A stretch of 64,000 nt of DNA from Cenococcum geophilum. Its lineage: Eukaryota. The stretch is taken from positions 32,860,001 through 32,924,000 of the forward strand of contig CP158635.1 of assembly GCA_050273025.1 (NCBI GenBank), read 5' to 3'. Shown one piece after another: positions 14,421 to 28,766 of this stretch. The notes under the pieces were generated by a model. It ran no database searches and was not told the origin of the DNA. It was given only the letters and a program-made list of their open reading frames with translations. The stretch's first letter is position 1; every line of letters starts with the position of its first letter. Position numbers and translations under genes: made by a program.

Positions 14421-14939
14421 TTACCCTTATTTTAAAGACTATAGGTTAATAACGGATAATAAAAAAGATAAGGCTTTCTAAAACCTTATTAATTACTATA
14501 ACGCTTATAACAATCTGGAGAAAGTTTAGTGTTTAAAGGAGATACTACTTAACCTTATTAGGGTAGAGATCTAATAAGAGATATTTACCGAGAAAATATT
14601 ATAGGAAGGATAGGAGATATTAAGATATAGAATTTAGATATACTATAGGCCTTAAAAAGCACCTAAATATGACTTAGTAATAGCATAGCGGTACTTAATA
14701 AATTATCTCCCCTGTTACAGCTAAATGTGCAATATAACTTTTATTTAATTTATTTAAAGGGGCATTATCGCCAGGTATGCCGTAACATTATCACTTTAAA
14801 TACTTGTTTTCTGTAGCCAGAAAACCCTCCTTTAAAGAGCGACCAAAACCTACCCCTTACTAATTTAAGCATTCTATTTTAGTAGACGGAACGCCTAAGT
14901 GCTAAGACTGGCCCCTAACCATTAGTGCTAATAGGATAT

Positions 14940-15082
14940 TAATAGGTAAGCTAGGTAATTGTATAAGTAGGGTAGTTATAGGAGTAGGGTAGTTATAAAA
15001 GTATAGTAGTTATAAAAGCTAGACAATCCTACGAGCTAGGTAATTATAGGAGCTAGATAATTGTAGGAGCTAGGTAGTTATA
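14940..15082. repeat. Second array of the same 17-bp unit
   Basis: About eight gagctaggtaattatag-type units, roughly 360 bp upstream of the FunK1 start. Confidence 0.85.
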
Positions 15083-15439
15083 CTCTTTAGCCTTACTACC
15101 CAGCTATATTAGAGCCTTACGTATTATAAAATAAATTAAAACCGATAGACATAATTATTAGGTCATTGTGGCTTAGCATTTAACTAGGCCCTATAAAGCC
15201 TCAGTCTAAGCTATATTAGATTGGCTTAACTTTTCCACACCCAATCTTTAATCCTCCCTACATTCGCTCGTATCTTGCTTCCTTATTACAAGACGCGCCT
15301 AACGTATACTTAACCTCCCTACACTTATCTGCCACTATACTATCCGTTACATACCTACCTCTTTAATTTCCCCTCCTTATCTACCTACCTGCCTTTTACA
15401 TCGGCCCTTCTAACATAGCTCTTGGCGCGTTTACCTATA

Positions 15440-17839
15440 ATGGCGAATCTCTCCTAATTAGAGATAATTAAAACGAAACCTATCGGCGAAGGACTAAATA
15501 ATTTTTATAATTTATTTAACTTAATATATTAGGATCTAGATATCTCTAGCTCTTTAGACGCGTTATATTAGATAAGTAATAAAGGTAACCGTTAATTTAC
15601 CTAGTATAAGCTCCACCTAACGCTTATAGAACTAAAGGATATTTTGCTTAATCTAATACTAGCTCTACAGAGCCTTCCCGCTTCTCATTCATTGCCATCT
15701 AACAGCGGCAGTAAAAGCCTTCTTATTAATCTATTAAGACTCAGTTTAGCGGTCAATTCTAATAAATTTAATATTAAGCGGTTCCTGCCTCTTCTAAATG
15801 CGATCCTCCGGATTGAACCTAACGAGGTTATTTAGGAAAAGGTATATACTACTGTTATAGAGTCTATACCCTCCCCCCGACCGCTGCTACTCTACGTTTA
15901 AACCCTATATCTACGCAATATAAGCAGCTTTACTAACTCGTCTAAATATAGGAAATATGTAGATTATGTTCTAAAAGAGGAGCTAGGCTTTCTTTACGTA
16001 GGGATTGCTAGCTTATATAAAGCATTCTTTAGGGAAGTAGAAGGTCTTAAAGAGGCAAGCGCCGCCGTTTTTAAGAAATGTAAGGAAGGGGACAATCTAC
16101 TATATATTAAGGGCGGCTAGCGTAACTAGCCTAAAAGCGCAAAGCAAGATAATATCCTAGAGTGGTTTAATAACCTAATTAAATTATTATTAGGCTTTGC
16201 AGAGGAGTACGGATCCGCCCTAAAGATATAATAAACGCTTATCGTATATACTAAGCAGCCCTTATACGGGTCTATAGCAAAGTAAAAGCTAGATATTAGT
16301 TTTATAGATAATTTAATAGCTAGCAAAAGCTTTTAATGCTATTAGTTATATATACTTATACTAAAAGAGCTAAAGAGTAATCTAAAGACTAATATATCCT
16401 TATAGGCATAGTTTAATTTAGAAAAATATATAAGAGAAGTCTTCGCCGCTTAGGACACTTATCGCTTTATTCTAAGCTTTACCCTCTATAGATCTATTAT
16501 ACGGCTATAGGAGTATAACCGGGTAGGAGGCATTATATTATTACCATTTAATATTAATAAAGACGGATTACAATTTACCTTAGTAATATTGGGATTTCTC
16601 TAGATAAATAAGGAATAGCTTAGGTTTAACCCTACTATTCTAATATTAGACGGTAAGTAATATATTAAGGTCGTGTGCAATAGTTAGGCTAAGCGTCTTA
16701 TCCTTAATAAACCCATAAAGTAGGCACACTATATCGCTAGTTAAGCGACTACTTACTAGAAAGTATACTATAAGGGGGACACCTCTAAGATATCCCTTAT
16801 TATTAAAGACTTATAGCAGTACCTGTAGCGCGAGGAAGAAGGTAAACTGCTATATAAGGTAACGGAGAAAGAAGTGGTTAATATGGCTAGGTACTATTAC
16901 CACAAGACAGTTTATATAGGCGGTAAAGAAGATAATATTTGCAATAACGTCCGCAAGGGGCTAAATATTATAAAAGCGACAAACTATAAGCTAGAAGACT
17001 TAATAATACCTCTAAAACTAGTTAGAGTAAAAAATTAGTATAAGGAAAGGCCGAGGTTTTAGCAGAAAGAGGTCATCTAGCTATACTAACGCCCCATTAC
17101 TGCCTAGCAAGCGTACGTATTTGGGCTCTCCGCCTAAAGGCGGAAGGCGCCCTATAACCCTAAATTAAATATATTAACGCGTTATTACTAAAGACTACGA
17201 AAAGCCTCTTTATAAGGCAAGCTCTTAGGCTATAATGCTTGCTATATTAGAGAGTAGCATTAAAGGATATAAGTCTTTATATACGTGGGCCGGCATTATC
17301 TAATATAATATTTTAATAGGAAACCTTATAATAAATAAGGAAGATAACAATCCTTCTTAGCCGGCATTTTTAATTAACTTTAACCTTGCGATTAAGGAGC
17401 AATAGGAAGGGCCTTTAGGAGCGCGGGGTAAGACTAGTATAAGAGCGTTTATAGCGATTAAAGTGCTCCTAAGTGAGATATACTTAGCTTAGTATAATTT
17501 TAAGTCGTTTTTTAGATGCTATTTTAGATATATATTTACTATAATAGACCTAATAAAAAAGGTAACGTTGTTAATAGGTTTAATAAGTGGAATTCTATAA
17601 ATATAGAAGAGCTAGCTAAGATAAAGAAAGGAGAAGTGGATAATAAAGGGGATTTTCTTAAGAGTGTAGGTGATAACTTTTTACCGTACTATTAGCTACT
17701 AATCCCTTAGGTTAATAGATTACGGAAGGTAGTATTTCTAGGTAGTAAGAGGTAAAAGGGAAATAATAAAAAACTTCCTTCTTAAATAAAGGAGGTGCTT
17801 TAGGAAGTAAGGAAGGATCTAAAGGTGCTAGTAAAGTAG
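15440..17839 (+). pseudogene. Fungal-type protein kinase (FunK1 / Pkinase_fungal family), RIP-inactivated
   Basis: MANLS(Q)LEIIKTKPIGEGL start; SSF(A)NSS(E)(H)RKYVD.VLKEELG (~15920-15990); ELKSN (~16367); FLI(D).(D)LAI (~17367); GARGKT(G)(T)RAF(M)AI (~17418); (H)(D).(E)SFF (~17493). Confidence 0.9.
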
Positions 17840-18124
17840 ATAAAATAATATTTTATTACTCTTCCACTACACGAAGTGAAGTTTTATAGAGATTTGGGCG
17901 GCTAAGGCTAGGTAGCAGCTTTGGTTAAAACGTATATAAAATAGTATAGGGCGAGTTACCTAGGCTAAATAAGCCCGGCAAAGCGGATAACCTAATCCTT
18001 CGCTAAATTATTAGGTCCCTATACCCTACTATCCTATATAGGCTTTAAATTTCTATAAAATACGTAACCCACTCTTTAGCCTATTAGAAGCCGCCTTATA
18101 CCGCCTAAATAAAGGCTATAAAAG

Positions 18125-18680
18125 AGTTAATCCCCTACTTTAACCAATCCTCTATTTAAATAAGTCCCTTACTTAAACAAATCCCCTATAGAAGCCAATG
18201 CCTATATATTTCGCCGCCCTATAGGAACTAGTCCCCTACTCTAAAAAATCCCCTATACTAATAAATCCCCTACTTTAATAAATTCCCTATAGTAACGAAT
18301 CCCTTGCGGGTGCTAATGCCTATATATTCTACCGCCCTATAGGAACCAATCCCCTACGGCTTGCATTCCTATACGGCTTTTACTCCCCTATAAAAGCTAA
18401 TAGCTACGTTTTCCTCTCCCCTACGGGAACTAATGCCCTATAGCTTCCGTTCTCCTATTCTTAGATCTACTAGTAATTTACCCACGCTATAGTATAATTA
18501 CTCCCTATTATAGTAGGCACTCCCCCCTATAGGTACCCCCTAGCTCTATATTACTATAGGTCCCTACCTTTATAGTTACTCTATACTTTTGTAGATACTC
18601 TATACTTTAGTAGGTTCTCTACATTGCCGTAGGTACTCCCTTCTATAGATACCCCTAGTATTATAGGTACTTTATAGTAA
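18125..18680. repeat. Degenerate 18-20-bp tandem arrays (aatcccctac... and ctctatac...gtaggtact)
   Basis: Recurrent aatcccctac units at 18128-18440 with a larger internal duplication (aatgcctatatatt..ccgccctataggaac), followed by a second unit type. Confidence 0.75.
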
Positions 18681-19339
18681 CAAATTATACCTTACTCCCC
18701 TTAAGAGTAATTCGCTTTTTGCTATAGAAACCCGCTTATATAACCAACTTTATTTAGTAATATTAGATTCTACGTTTTAGGATTAAGGCTATATATCTAT
18801 ATTACGTCAAAGCTATATAACGCAAAGTTATTAGGATATATATATATATATATTACTAGCTAATAAACAGTATAGTTAAGTAACGTACTGCCTCTAACTA
18901 TTAATAAGTATAAATAGGAAAAAATATAAGAAAAAGATAGCTAAATCCTAAATATATATCTACCTACGCGCTAAAAAGGTATGCATTCTATAGACCCCTA
19001 ATACCCTAGTAAATTTAAGAGAGCTAAGTGTAGGACTATATATTATTAAACTTGCCTCCTCCTATAAAATTATAGTTAATAGATATTTAATAATTACGGT
19101 ATATTACTTTATAGCAATTTTATAATAACCGCTAGTAGTAATAGATATATACTAGCCTAGTGGACGTAGAATTAACTAACTACCTAGTATTACTTAGTAG
19201 TAAATCCGAACGGAAATGTAAAATTAAGGGAAATAAAGGACAGCCTACCCTTTAATGACTAGAGCACTACGTATACATCCCTAAACGTACCATAAAATTA
19301 GTCTAGAATTCTTTAATTATATTAATAGCGACGGTTAGA

Positions 19340-20010
19340 GGCTGTTGACTTACGCAAGTGTTATAATAGCTTATTAGTGCTTAAGCCATTAATACTGCAT
19401 TTTTAATCTATATTGGAGTGTTAGTATAGTAGGCGCCGCGGGCATAGACAACTTACCTCTTATTTGTTAAGCTTATATTTTATAAAATCTTTAAGATTGT
19501 TTAAATTGTACTTCGCATCTCCCTTTTTAGTACTTGCCTTTACTAGGAACCTCTGCCAAATTTCCCTCCGCGTATTAACGCCTAACGGCCTATACTTAAT
19601 TCTATAATAGATCCTACTTATAACCGCTTTATTAAAGGTCTAAACTTAGTTTGTTATTAGGAATAAGACCCCCTAGTAGTATTTAAGTTAACGTAAGAAT
19701 ACTAAAACCAGGGAGTTGTTGGCGGTATTATTAACGGTATATTACGCCAAAAATATATCTACTTTATTAAAAAGCACAATAGCCTTTTAATAACTTACTA
19801 CCTTAAACACTATAAATAGGAGACCCTTTACTTTCGCAGATTTGGTACTTAACTCTCTAGCAGAAATCTAATTGGGTTAGTAGGTGCTAGAATAGATAAG
19901 GTAAAATAAGGCTTACTATATATAGTGGTGTTTTATAGCTTTCTATAATTGCTTTAGCTATTAAGGTTTTTCTAACACCTAGTGGCCCACTATAGCTTAT
20001 AAGTAAGATA
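19340..20010 (-). pseudogene. AAA+ ATPase, 3' part (split by Gypsy insertion)
   Basis: Walker A GP(P)GV(G)KTL(T)A(E)A at about 19950-19990; Walker B IVLF(D)(E).DIFL at about 19745-19780; VFLR(Q)L(E)YY(Q)GVLFL(T)TN motif. Confidence 0.85.
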
Positions 20011-20015
20011 ATTAG

Positions 20016-20202
20016 TATTACGGCACTGACCTAACGTATACTGTTTCATACTGTCTTGTACTATTCCCTACTATTAGCTGGCCCACTACTAGCGACTTGG
20101 CGGCCGGCCCTACTATTTATATACAATACCCCCTTTCTACCTTCTTCCCCTCTTCATACCATAACGTAGTTATTTAGTCTACTTTATTGCAGCACTGTGA
20201 CA
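20016..20202 (+). repeat. 5' LTR of Gypsy element 1
   Basis: t(g>a)ttacggcac...gtgaca; direct repeat of 26745-26931. Confidence 0.97.
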
Positions 20203-23200
20203 GTTTGTAGTATCTTTAATTTGCGCCCTATCGCAATCACTAATTCCCCATACCCTAGCCAATTAACCTCCGCCCTAGAGCAATCGCGACCTATGCGCGC
20301 CTCTGCTAAAACTAATACGTCCCTAGCACAGTCCTAGAACAATCCTTAGTTTTTACCTAGTGCCTAGATAGGCGACACTAACGACGCCGAAATAGCCGAA
20401 ACCTAGAACCCCCGCGACGTTTTTGCAGACCTATTTACAGAGATATACCCCAATATCGCGTAAACAATCCGCCACTCCCTACTATACCCCAAGACCTTTA
20501 AGCCCAGCAAAGCTTACCTTACCCTTATTAACTATACCAATGAGTTCCTTAACAACATCAAAGCAGGACTATAGTATATATATAATATAAACACCGCTAA
20601 TAAGAAAGCTAATAAAAACCTTAGTGCCCTTATCGCTTCCCAGACAGGAACTATTAACTCCTAGGTAGAGACTATTACCGTTCTAAAACAATTAACCCCT
20701 ATAACAACAGTAGTAACCTAGCAGAAAAAACAGAGATCTAAAGACCCGCCAATATTTAGCGGAAAAGGCACCCCGCTAGAATAATAAGCTAATTTTAAGA
20801 CCTAGCATATTAAAATTAAGGGAGTCTTCGACCGGGACTAGGACTACTTTAACACAGTTTAGTCCCAGATTCTTTATATCTCGGACATACTAGAGGACAA
20901 GGCCTATAAGTTTATTAAGTAGGGCCTAAAGCTTATGCACAAGAACCTAAACAATATATTTACGTAGAAATGGCCTACTAAGGAAGATATGCTTAAAGAC
21001 CTTACTGCCTACTATGAGGTCCTTAATATAACCTAGGTTGTAAAGAATAAGCTTAACTATTTCCCCTAAGGCGAGTGTAATTACTGGTCCTAGAAGGGAG
21101 AGCTTAATAAGCTAATAGTCCGCGCCAAGAAGATAGATAAATAGAAGGTGGACCTACTCCGAAAGTTTATCTCTCCGAAGATAAAAGAGCTAGTACTTAG
21201 ACTAGCCCACGAAATCAACGACAGCGACTATATAGGTTAGAGCAAGCAGATGGATATGTTCGCTAAGAACCTCGCAAACTATGCATACTAAGCCAACCTT
21301 AAGAAGAATGCTAACCACTACCTACCTACCTAAGCCCCTGCCCCTATATTAACCTTAACCCTAGTAGTGACTAGAGAACCTATAAACCTTAATAAAATCT
21401 TAAATACGGAGCGTAAGCGCCGCGTTAACAATAGACTATACCTTACCTATAGCCTACCCAGCCACTAAAAGGATGCCTATAACCCCGCTAAGATAGTAAA
21501 CCCAGTCCTAATGCCACCCCGTTAAATAACGTGAATAAATAACCGCGGACGCGGCGACCGTAGAGTCTATTATAGACGCGGCGACTATGGAGCCTATTAT
21601 AGCCGCGGCGGACGACCCCCCCCCCTTTAACCCTACGGCTTAGTTACTCTAAACTATGCCCTATATGGGAGCCCAACCCGTTAATAACGCCTAGCATTAG
21701 TGACTTCGCGCTAGCGAATACGAATACGGCCACGTTGTTAGCGAGGTATTGTTTTCCTATACCCTAACCAAAACAGAGATAGATACCGCCAGCTAGACGG
21801 ACACTGGACCGCCCCGCTAAGACAGCCCTATACCCTAGTCGTTAAAAGGTAAACCCTTAGACTAAGTCGCGCCTAAGGGTCTAAACCATATAAGGAGGAA
21901 GACAAGAAGATTAGGTCCCTGTTACTAGATTAATCAATCCTTTCTATTAGTAAACTGCTACTTAATCTTAGATTAGTAAATAGTAACAAGAAATTAATCC
22001 TTATTTAAACCTAACTCTCCTTATTATATAACCTATACCCCTAAGTTTATATTAATATAGTAAGCCTAGTGGACTCCGGTAATACTATAATGGCATTTAC
22101 TAACGCAGAGTCTATTATAAGAAAGTATAACGTTATAACTAAGAAGCTACTGGCACCTAGGCTACTGCGCCTCGCAGATAGTATCCCAACTTCGCTTATT
22201 ACGGACTACTTTACCACCTAAATATTAATCGGCCTCTATACTAAAGCTATGCTCTTTTTTATTACTAAACTCTCGCCCGCTACCCTAATTATCCTAGGTA
22301 TGCCCTGGCTTTAGAAGCACGAGCCCTATCCTAGCTTTAGGAAACTTAAGATCCGCTTTAACTTAGACTACTACTCTAGGCACTACCTCCCATAGGGGAT
22401 AGCCGACGTTAGTAGGGACGCCCTATGTAGACACTTAGCACTACTAAGCCTAGTGCCTAGGACTATATATAAAGCCCTAATAGTAGAAGACGTTTCTAAT
22501 AAAGGGGAGCCTATATAGCTGCAAAGAAATAAGATAGTAGAAGACTGGACTAACCTAGCACTTAAGACTAAAATGATGGGCTAGCCAGCCCTGCCAAGAC
22601 CAAGGAAAAAGGTCTGCTTTGCGCCGCTACTACTAAGAAACTAACCCCAACCTAGGCACTATTTAAACCCTAGCCGCCTAGCCTAACACCCAGAACTAAG
22701 CCATATACCATATACGCACACTATAGCTCGCGTTATAGCAAGGACTGGCTATAGAACTACCAAGACCCGGATAATAAAAACCGCGCCACTGTAACGCCTA
22801 ACCTTACACCCGTCTCCCGCGCGTACTATATAAGGCCGCCGCCTCATTTCTGCCCCCCTAGGCTAATTAAGCTGTACTAGCCCAGCCGTAGCACCGGAGA
22901 GCCAGATACGCCCTAACCTAGACGATATTAAATACACCTATACTATTAATTTTACCTAGTTCTATAAGCAAAAAGATGTAAAGGTAATAAGAATCTATAT
23001 AGCGGAGCTAGTAGAACTGGTTAAATAAGATAAGCACCGATAGCTACTTAAAGAGCTGCCTATAGGCCTAATAGAAGTACTAAACCTATTAGAAAGGTCT
23101 TTCTGCTAGCTAGTAGAAGGCAACTATATAATAAAGGAAGCCTATAAAGCGCTCCCCCCCTATTTCTACGACTTCCTTAAGACAAATCTAAAAACTAAAC

Positions 23201-26200
23201 CCAAGCTTTTACGTCGGAAGATAGTTAACACTAATGTTGAAAAATTCCTAAAAGGCAAACTAGGATTGACCCGCGAAGATATTTTATAACGCTTACTAAA
23301 GGAGTTTAGTAAATATATTAAGCACTTCCTCCCTAAAAACGCAGATAAGCTGCCCCCTTACCAACCATAGGACCATAAAATTGAGATTACCCCCGGAAAC
23401 TAGGCCCTATACTATAAAAATAGACCACTCTTACCTACTAAACTTAGGTATGTAAAGAAGTGGATTAATAAGATGCTGGATAAGGGTTTTATTCGCGAAT
23501 CGACCTTACTAGCTACCGTACTACTTCTCTTCGCTACCAAGCCTAGCGGCGGTATATAAATTTACTATAACTACCAAGGCCTAAACACAGTCACTATTAA
23601 GAATCGATACCTACTGCCACTAATCCGCGAGACACTTGACGCACTTTATAGCGCCAAGTACTTTACTAAACTTAATATAATTGCTGCGTTTAACCGGATC
23701 CGGATTGTGGAGGGCTATAAGTGGCTTATAGCATTCATTACCCAGTTCGGACTCTATAAGATACTAGTTATACTATTTAGCCTTTATAACGCACCCGCTA
23801 CGTTCCAGAACTATATTAACTATATTCTATACAACGCCCTTAATAACTACTACACTACCTATCTTAACGACGTCCTTATCTTTTCTAAAATACGCGCCAA
23901 GCATACTAAGTATGTAAATAAAGTTATCCAAAGACTCAGCAATGCTAGACTTTAGATTAATATTAATAAGTTTAAGTTCTACTCTACTAAAACAAAATAC
24001 CTTAGCTTAATTATCTTAACTAATAGCATAACTATAAACCCTAAGAAGATACAGGCCTTATAGGAATAGAAGAACCCAACATTAATTAAAGAACTATAAT
24101 AATTTCTTGGCTTCGCGAACTTCTACTAACGATTTATCTAAGGCTACTTTGCCATTACTATACCTATGATAAAACTTCTAAAGAAGGATATTAGATGGCT
24201 ATGGGGACTAGAATAAGCCAAATCGTTTAAGGCCCTTAAGGGAGCCTTTACTTTAGCACTAGTACTAGCATATTATAACTATATAAAGAAAACAGTGGTA
24301 GAGATAGACGCATTAAATTGGGCTTCCGGCGGAGTCCTTTCCCAGTATAACAACGACGGAAAATTAAGACTGGTCGTATTCTTCTCCGTAAAGCACTTCG
24401 CGCCAGAATGTAACTATAAGATCTATAATAAAAAACTCCTAGCTATTATTAAGGCTTTAGAGGAATAGCGTCCTAAGCTGCAAGGGACTAAGGAGCTGTT
24501 TAAAATTATTACCGACCATAAGAACCTATAGACATTTATAACTACTAAGTAGCTAAACTAGCGCCAAGTCTAGTGGGCAGAGTTCCTTTTATAGTTTAAC
24601 TTTGTAATTATATACAGACCTAGTAGCAAAGCTACGCTCCCTAACGCCCTAAGCCGGCTACTAGGAATAAGGCCTAAGGACGCTAATAATAAACGCCTCC
24701 GCCACTAAGCCTAAGTTATTATACCGCCCCAGAAAGTTAACCCTATAATCTTAGAAGAATTACTATATAAGTCCCGTAACTCTAACAACGCGGAGTTTAT
24801 AGCCGCTCTAGACCCCAAAATAGCCAAAAAGTTACTAGACAAGTTAATCTGGCTAGGATACTAGAAGAACGAACTCGCAAGAGATATAGTGGCAGCCCTA
24901 CGTAATTAGAAAGCTCGCCGTTAGCCAAAGAAAATTAGGAAATTACTCCGTTGTAATAAGTTAGAATATAGTATTATTAACGGACAGATCTACTTCCGCT
25001 AACGTCTCTTCGTCCCTAACGCCCTAGACCTTTACCTAGAAGTTACCCATCGCTCTTATAGCAGCGGCCCCGCTAGTTACCCCGGCCGGGTTAAAACTTT
25101 TAACCTCTTAAACCGAATATACTGGTGGCTAGGAATCTCCCAGTTCACGGCTACCTTCGTTAAAGACTGTGCCCTATGCTTTTATACTAAGACCCCCCGT
25201 TCTACCCCGCCCGGTTTCCTAAAGCTACTAGAATTACCCGCCCGCCCGTAAACCGATATCTTAATTAACTATATTATAACGCTGCCAGTATACTAACGCC
25301 ACGGTAAGGTATATAAATATATCCTTATTATTATAGACCGCCTAACTAAAATATAATACCTTATTTTAGTAATAGGACTCTTAACAGAGGAGTTAGTTAA
25401 TGGCTTTATTAATAACGTATATAAGCTCCACGGTGCACTAAGTATAATTATCTCCGATTACGGCATATAATTTATTAGCGACTTCTAGCGACGACTAAGT
25501 AAACGCCTTAAGACAACCTTGTAATTAAGCTTAGCCTAACACCTAAAAACGGACGGCCAAATTAAAATTATTAACGCCGCCGTAAATAAATACCTTTATG
25601 CTTTTATTAGCTTTATATAGGATAACTAGGTTAACTACCTACCGCTTATCAAGTTTGCTATAAATAACTAAGTTAATAAAAGCACAGGCATCTCCCCGTT
25701 TTTTGCAAACTATAGCTTTAACCCTCGCCTTAGAATTAAGCCTGCTGGCCTCCGCCCACTAATACTATCAGTATAAGTAAAGAAGGAGTTCTTCCGCGCA
25801 GACTCTGTAGCTAACCGCTTTAAGCGGATATTAATATAGCTTAAGGCCCTAGCCCGGATTTTATAGCAACGCTATAAAGATAATGCTAATACCCATAGGG
25901 ATAAGAGCGCGTTATTCTACGAAGGTGATATAGTTATAGTTAGCTTAGAAAATATAAAGATAAACAGACCTAAGAAGAAATGGGATGATAAATGGGACGG
26001 CCTATACCCCGTACTCGCAGTATACTAAGGGGTAGTCGTAGTAGACCTCCCGGACCACATCTAAGTAAACAAATCCTTTTATATATCTAAGGTCCGCCTC
26101 TAGGCTGCTAAAGAGATCCCTAGCTAAGCAAATATTAATACCACAGAGCGCCGTAATATATAAGGATGAGTGGCAGAGAGAGATAATAACGGCAACATAG

Positions 26201-26744
26201 AAGATAAATGGGAGTTTAAGAAAATCCTTAATATACACAACGAAGACCCCTAGGGCCTAACTTATAAGATTAAATGGAAATATTATAAGGATATAACCTA
26301 GCAGTTAGAGGAAGACCTAAAGGGTTGTAAATAAGCTGTATAGCGCTTCTATAAGCAACACCCTAAAAAGCCAGGACCCCCAAACTGGGTATAAGATAAG
26401 GAAAAGTCACGCTAAGGTCGCGGCCGACCACCGCATTAAAATTTATGGTAGTTAAAATGTTATAGAACTTCAACCGGCGGTCAAAGTTGTCTAATTGGCC
26501 AAATTCTCGCCAAGAAATGCCACACGGACCGATTTGGGTAGCAGTGTAAAGTTCTACCGACCTTACTTACTAAACTAACTAATTAGGATTTTCTATGCCT
26601 AGCATAGAAAATCGCTATTAGCTCGGTTAAGGGCGGTAAGCGGAACTAATATCTTTGCAGTAGAAAATAGGCAACCCCGTATACTACCTATTTTTAAGTT
26701 ATCTATTTAATTTGGGGACCAAACCGTCTAGGGGAGAGGAGTAC

Positions 26745-26931
26745 TGTTACGGCACTAACCTAACGCATACTGTTTCATACTGTCTTATACTATTCCCTAC
26801 TATTGGCTGGCCCACCACTAGCGACTTAGCGGCCGGCCCTACTATTTATATACAATACCCCCTTTCCACCTTCTTCCCCTCTTTATACCATAACGTAGTT
26901 ATTCAGTCTACTTTATTGCAGCACTGTGACA
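26745..26931 (+). repeat. 3' LTR of Gypsy element 1
   Basis: tgttacggcac...gtgaca, preceded by the PPT. Confidence 0.97.
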
Positions 26932-26936
26932 ATTAG

Positions 26937-28680
26937 TAAGCGCAAGATGGGTACGTACTATAATAAGAAAATGAGTCCGCGTCCCTTGCCTTCTATAAAA
27001 TTATTAAAGGAATTATTAGGACCCTAGTTTAAGTAGGACTTAGTAAGCGCCTAAACTATTGCCTTTTTCTTATTAGGAATCCTTACATTGTTAAATAGAG
27101 CCAAACTCTATTAAATGTCGCGAATATTAATAATAGCAAACTCTACTATATCTTGTTAGTATAATATCACTTTAATAGGTTTGTGGTAATAAACGGAATC
27201 TTTTATCTTTTAGGCTAAAGCCTAGTATTGTTAGGTTAAATAATACTAATTTATTGTCACCTAATTGCTCCGGGTTAACATCTACGTATTTAACTTAGCT
27301 GCTTTTATCTGCGTAGGGCAGCTATAATAAGGCAAAGTCTAAAGTATTTAGTTTCTTCTCGTTAACCTGTCGCCTAGGGTATTTAGGGTTATATTTATAA
27401 AATCCAATAGTATTGATTATAATTCTACTCTTAACGTGGTAGATATGCTATTTACCTTTATCATTAAACTAGAACGCCTAGCTATTATATTCTTTATAGT
27501 GGATTCCCTATAAAGAAAGAAAAGTGCGGCTATATTAAATAAGGTCGTTTCTAGTACTATTTAAATCTAAGTAAAATTAAAGAGGATACGCCGCTAGGGC
27601 ATTTATTTAGACCATTCCCCAAAACTTATTAATTTTAATCTATCCGGTAGCTTCTCTAATCCTTTTCCTATTGAAATCTAAATAGTGACCCTCGATACGG
27701 AAGTATGCAGAACTATTTAGTTCCACTATCTCCTTGTTATAGGTATATTTAAGGCATCTTTCTACCTAAGTGCCTACGCAAATAGAGTAAATATCTAAGT
27801 TAGGCTTAAATAGGGCCCAGAGTAGGTTATACGTAATCTCCCCTTACTTAAGGAGCGAGAGGAGACGTTCGGTAGTCGACTTATACATATTATTAATGTA
27901 GTCGATTAAAAGGTCTAGATGCTTTAAATTCTCGGCGTCCTTTCCATCATTTCTGTGGCTTTGGTACGATTTTATATTTGGAAGGAAATAATATAAGACG
28001 TTTTATTCGATCTGCGCGGAAAATAAGCGTTTGAACTTGGAAAATGGGTAAACTCCATAAGGCTTGCCATACCGAAGGCATATCCTCTACAAGAGAGACT
28101 ACGCGTATATCTTAAAGGATCACCCTTAGAATGTCTCGCAATAATTCGGACTTGATATTAATATAGTAAGTAGGTTCTTTAGTTAACCTATTTACACTTT
28201 CGTAAGTAGAGAAAAGACCCTTACGAAAATACTCCCTTATTAATTCGAGCCTAAATAATAAACACGTATTGCTCTAGTTTACTTAGCTCACCCTTTAAGG
28301 TTACTAGCTTAGCAATTATATATTTATAGGCCTTTTTATCCCATCTATAATACTATAGTATTAGCCGTGTCTGCTTATCTCTTTAATAACTTATACTTTA
28401 TCCACTTCCTTATATGCTAGCTTTAACGCTCAGGCTTTAGCTTCCTTAGGTTTAAGGTCATCTTTAGTTAAACCCTTAAAAGCTTTAGGCGTAGAGGTAG
28501 GTTTAGGCAGCGCCTTCCCGGCTATAATTACCCCAATAGTATTAACGACCTACTAAGCAATACGTAAGACAATAGCGTTATAGTTTGGCAACAGATTAGG
28601 GCTGCTTAGAGGAGTTGCTATGGGTTAAGTGGTTAAGCCATTCGGCTTTATAACTTTAAGTATAGTGGATATTTATAAAG
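26937..28680 (-). pseudogene. AAA+ ATPase, 5' part
   Basis: F(D)(D)FIEGKGRGLIFLL at about 26963-27012, followed by a gtacgt intron donor. This motif directly precedes Walker A in fungal AAA ATPases. The start is approximate. Confidence 0.8.
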
Positions 28681-28766
28681 CTTTAACAAGGTGTTAATTT
28701 TTATAGGGAAAGAAGGGTATAGTAGGTTAATAAGCTGCCTCTTAAGGAGGGTCTGCCTATTCTTAT

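Larger units (their letters stand above)
20016..26931 (+). mobile_element. Full-length Ty3/Gypsy chromovirus LTR retrotransposon (element 1), RIP-inactivated
   Basis: 187-bp LTRs at 20016-20202 and 26745-26931; TSD ATTAG (20011-20015, 26932-26936); PPT ggggagagga (26731). gag from about 20293, protease LVDSG (~22066), RT YL(D)DVLI (~23860), RNase H, integrase, chromodomain (~26205-26330). Confidence 0.97.

Noticed and set aside
26712..26936. 74-aa ORF
   Set aside because: It spans the PPT and 3' LTR; a chance frame.
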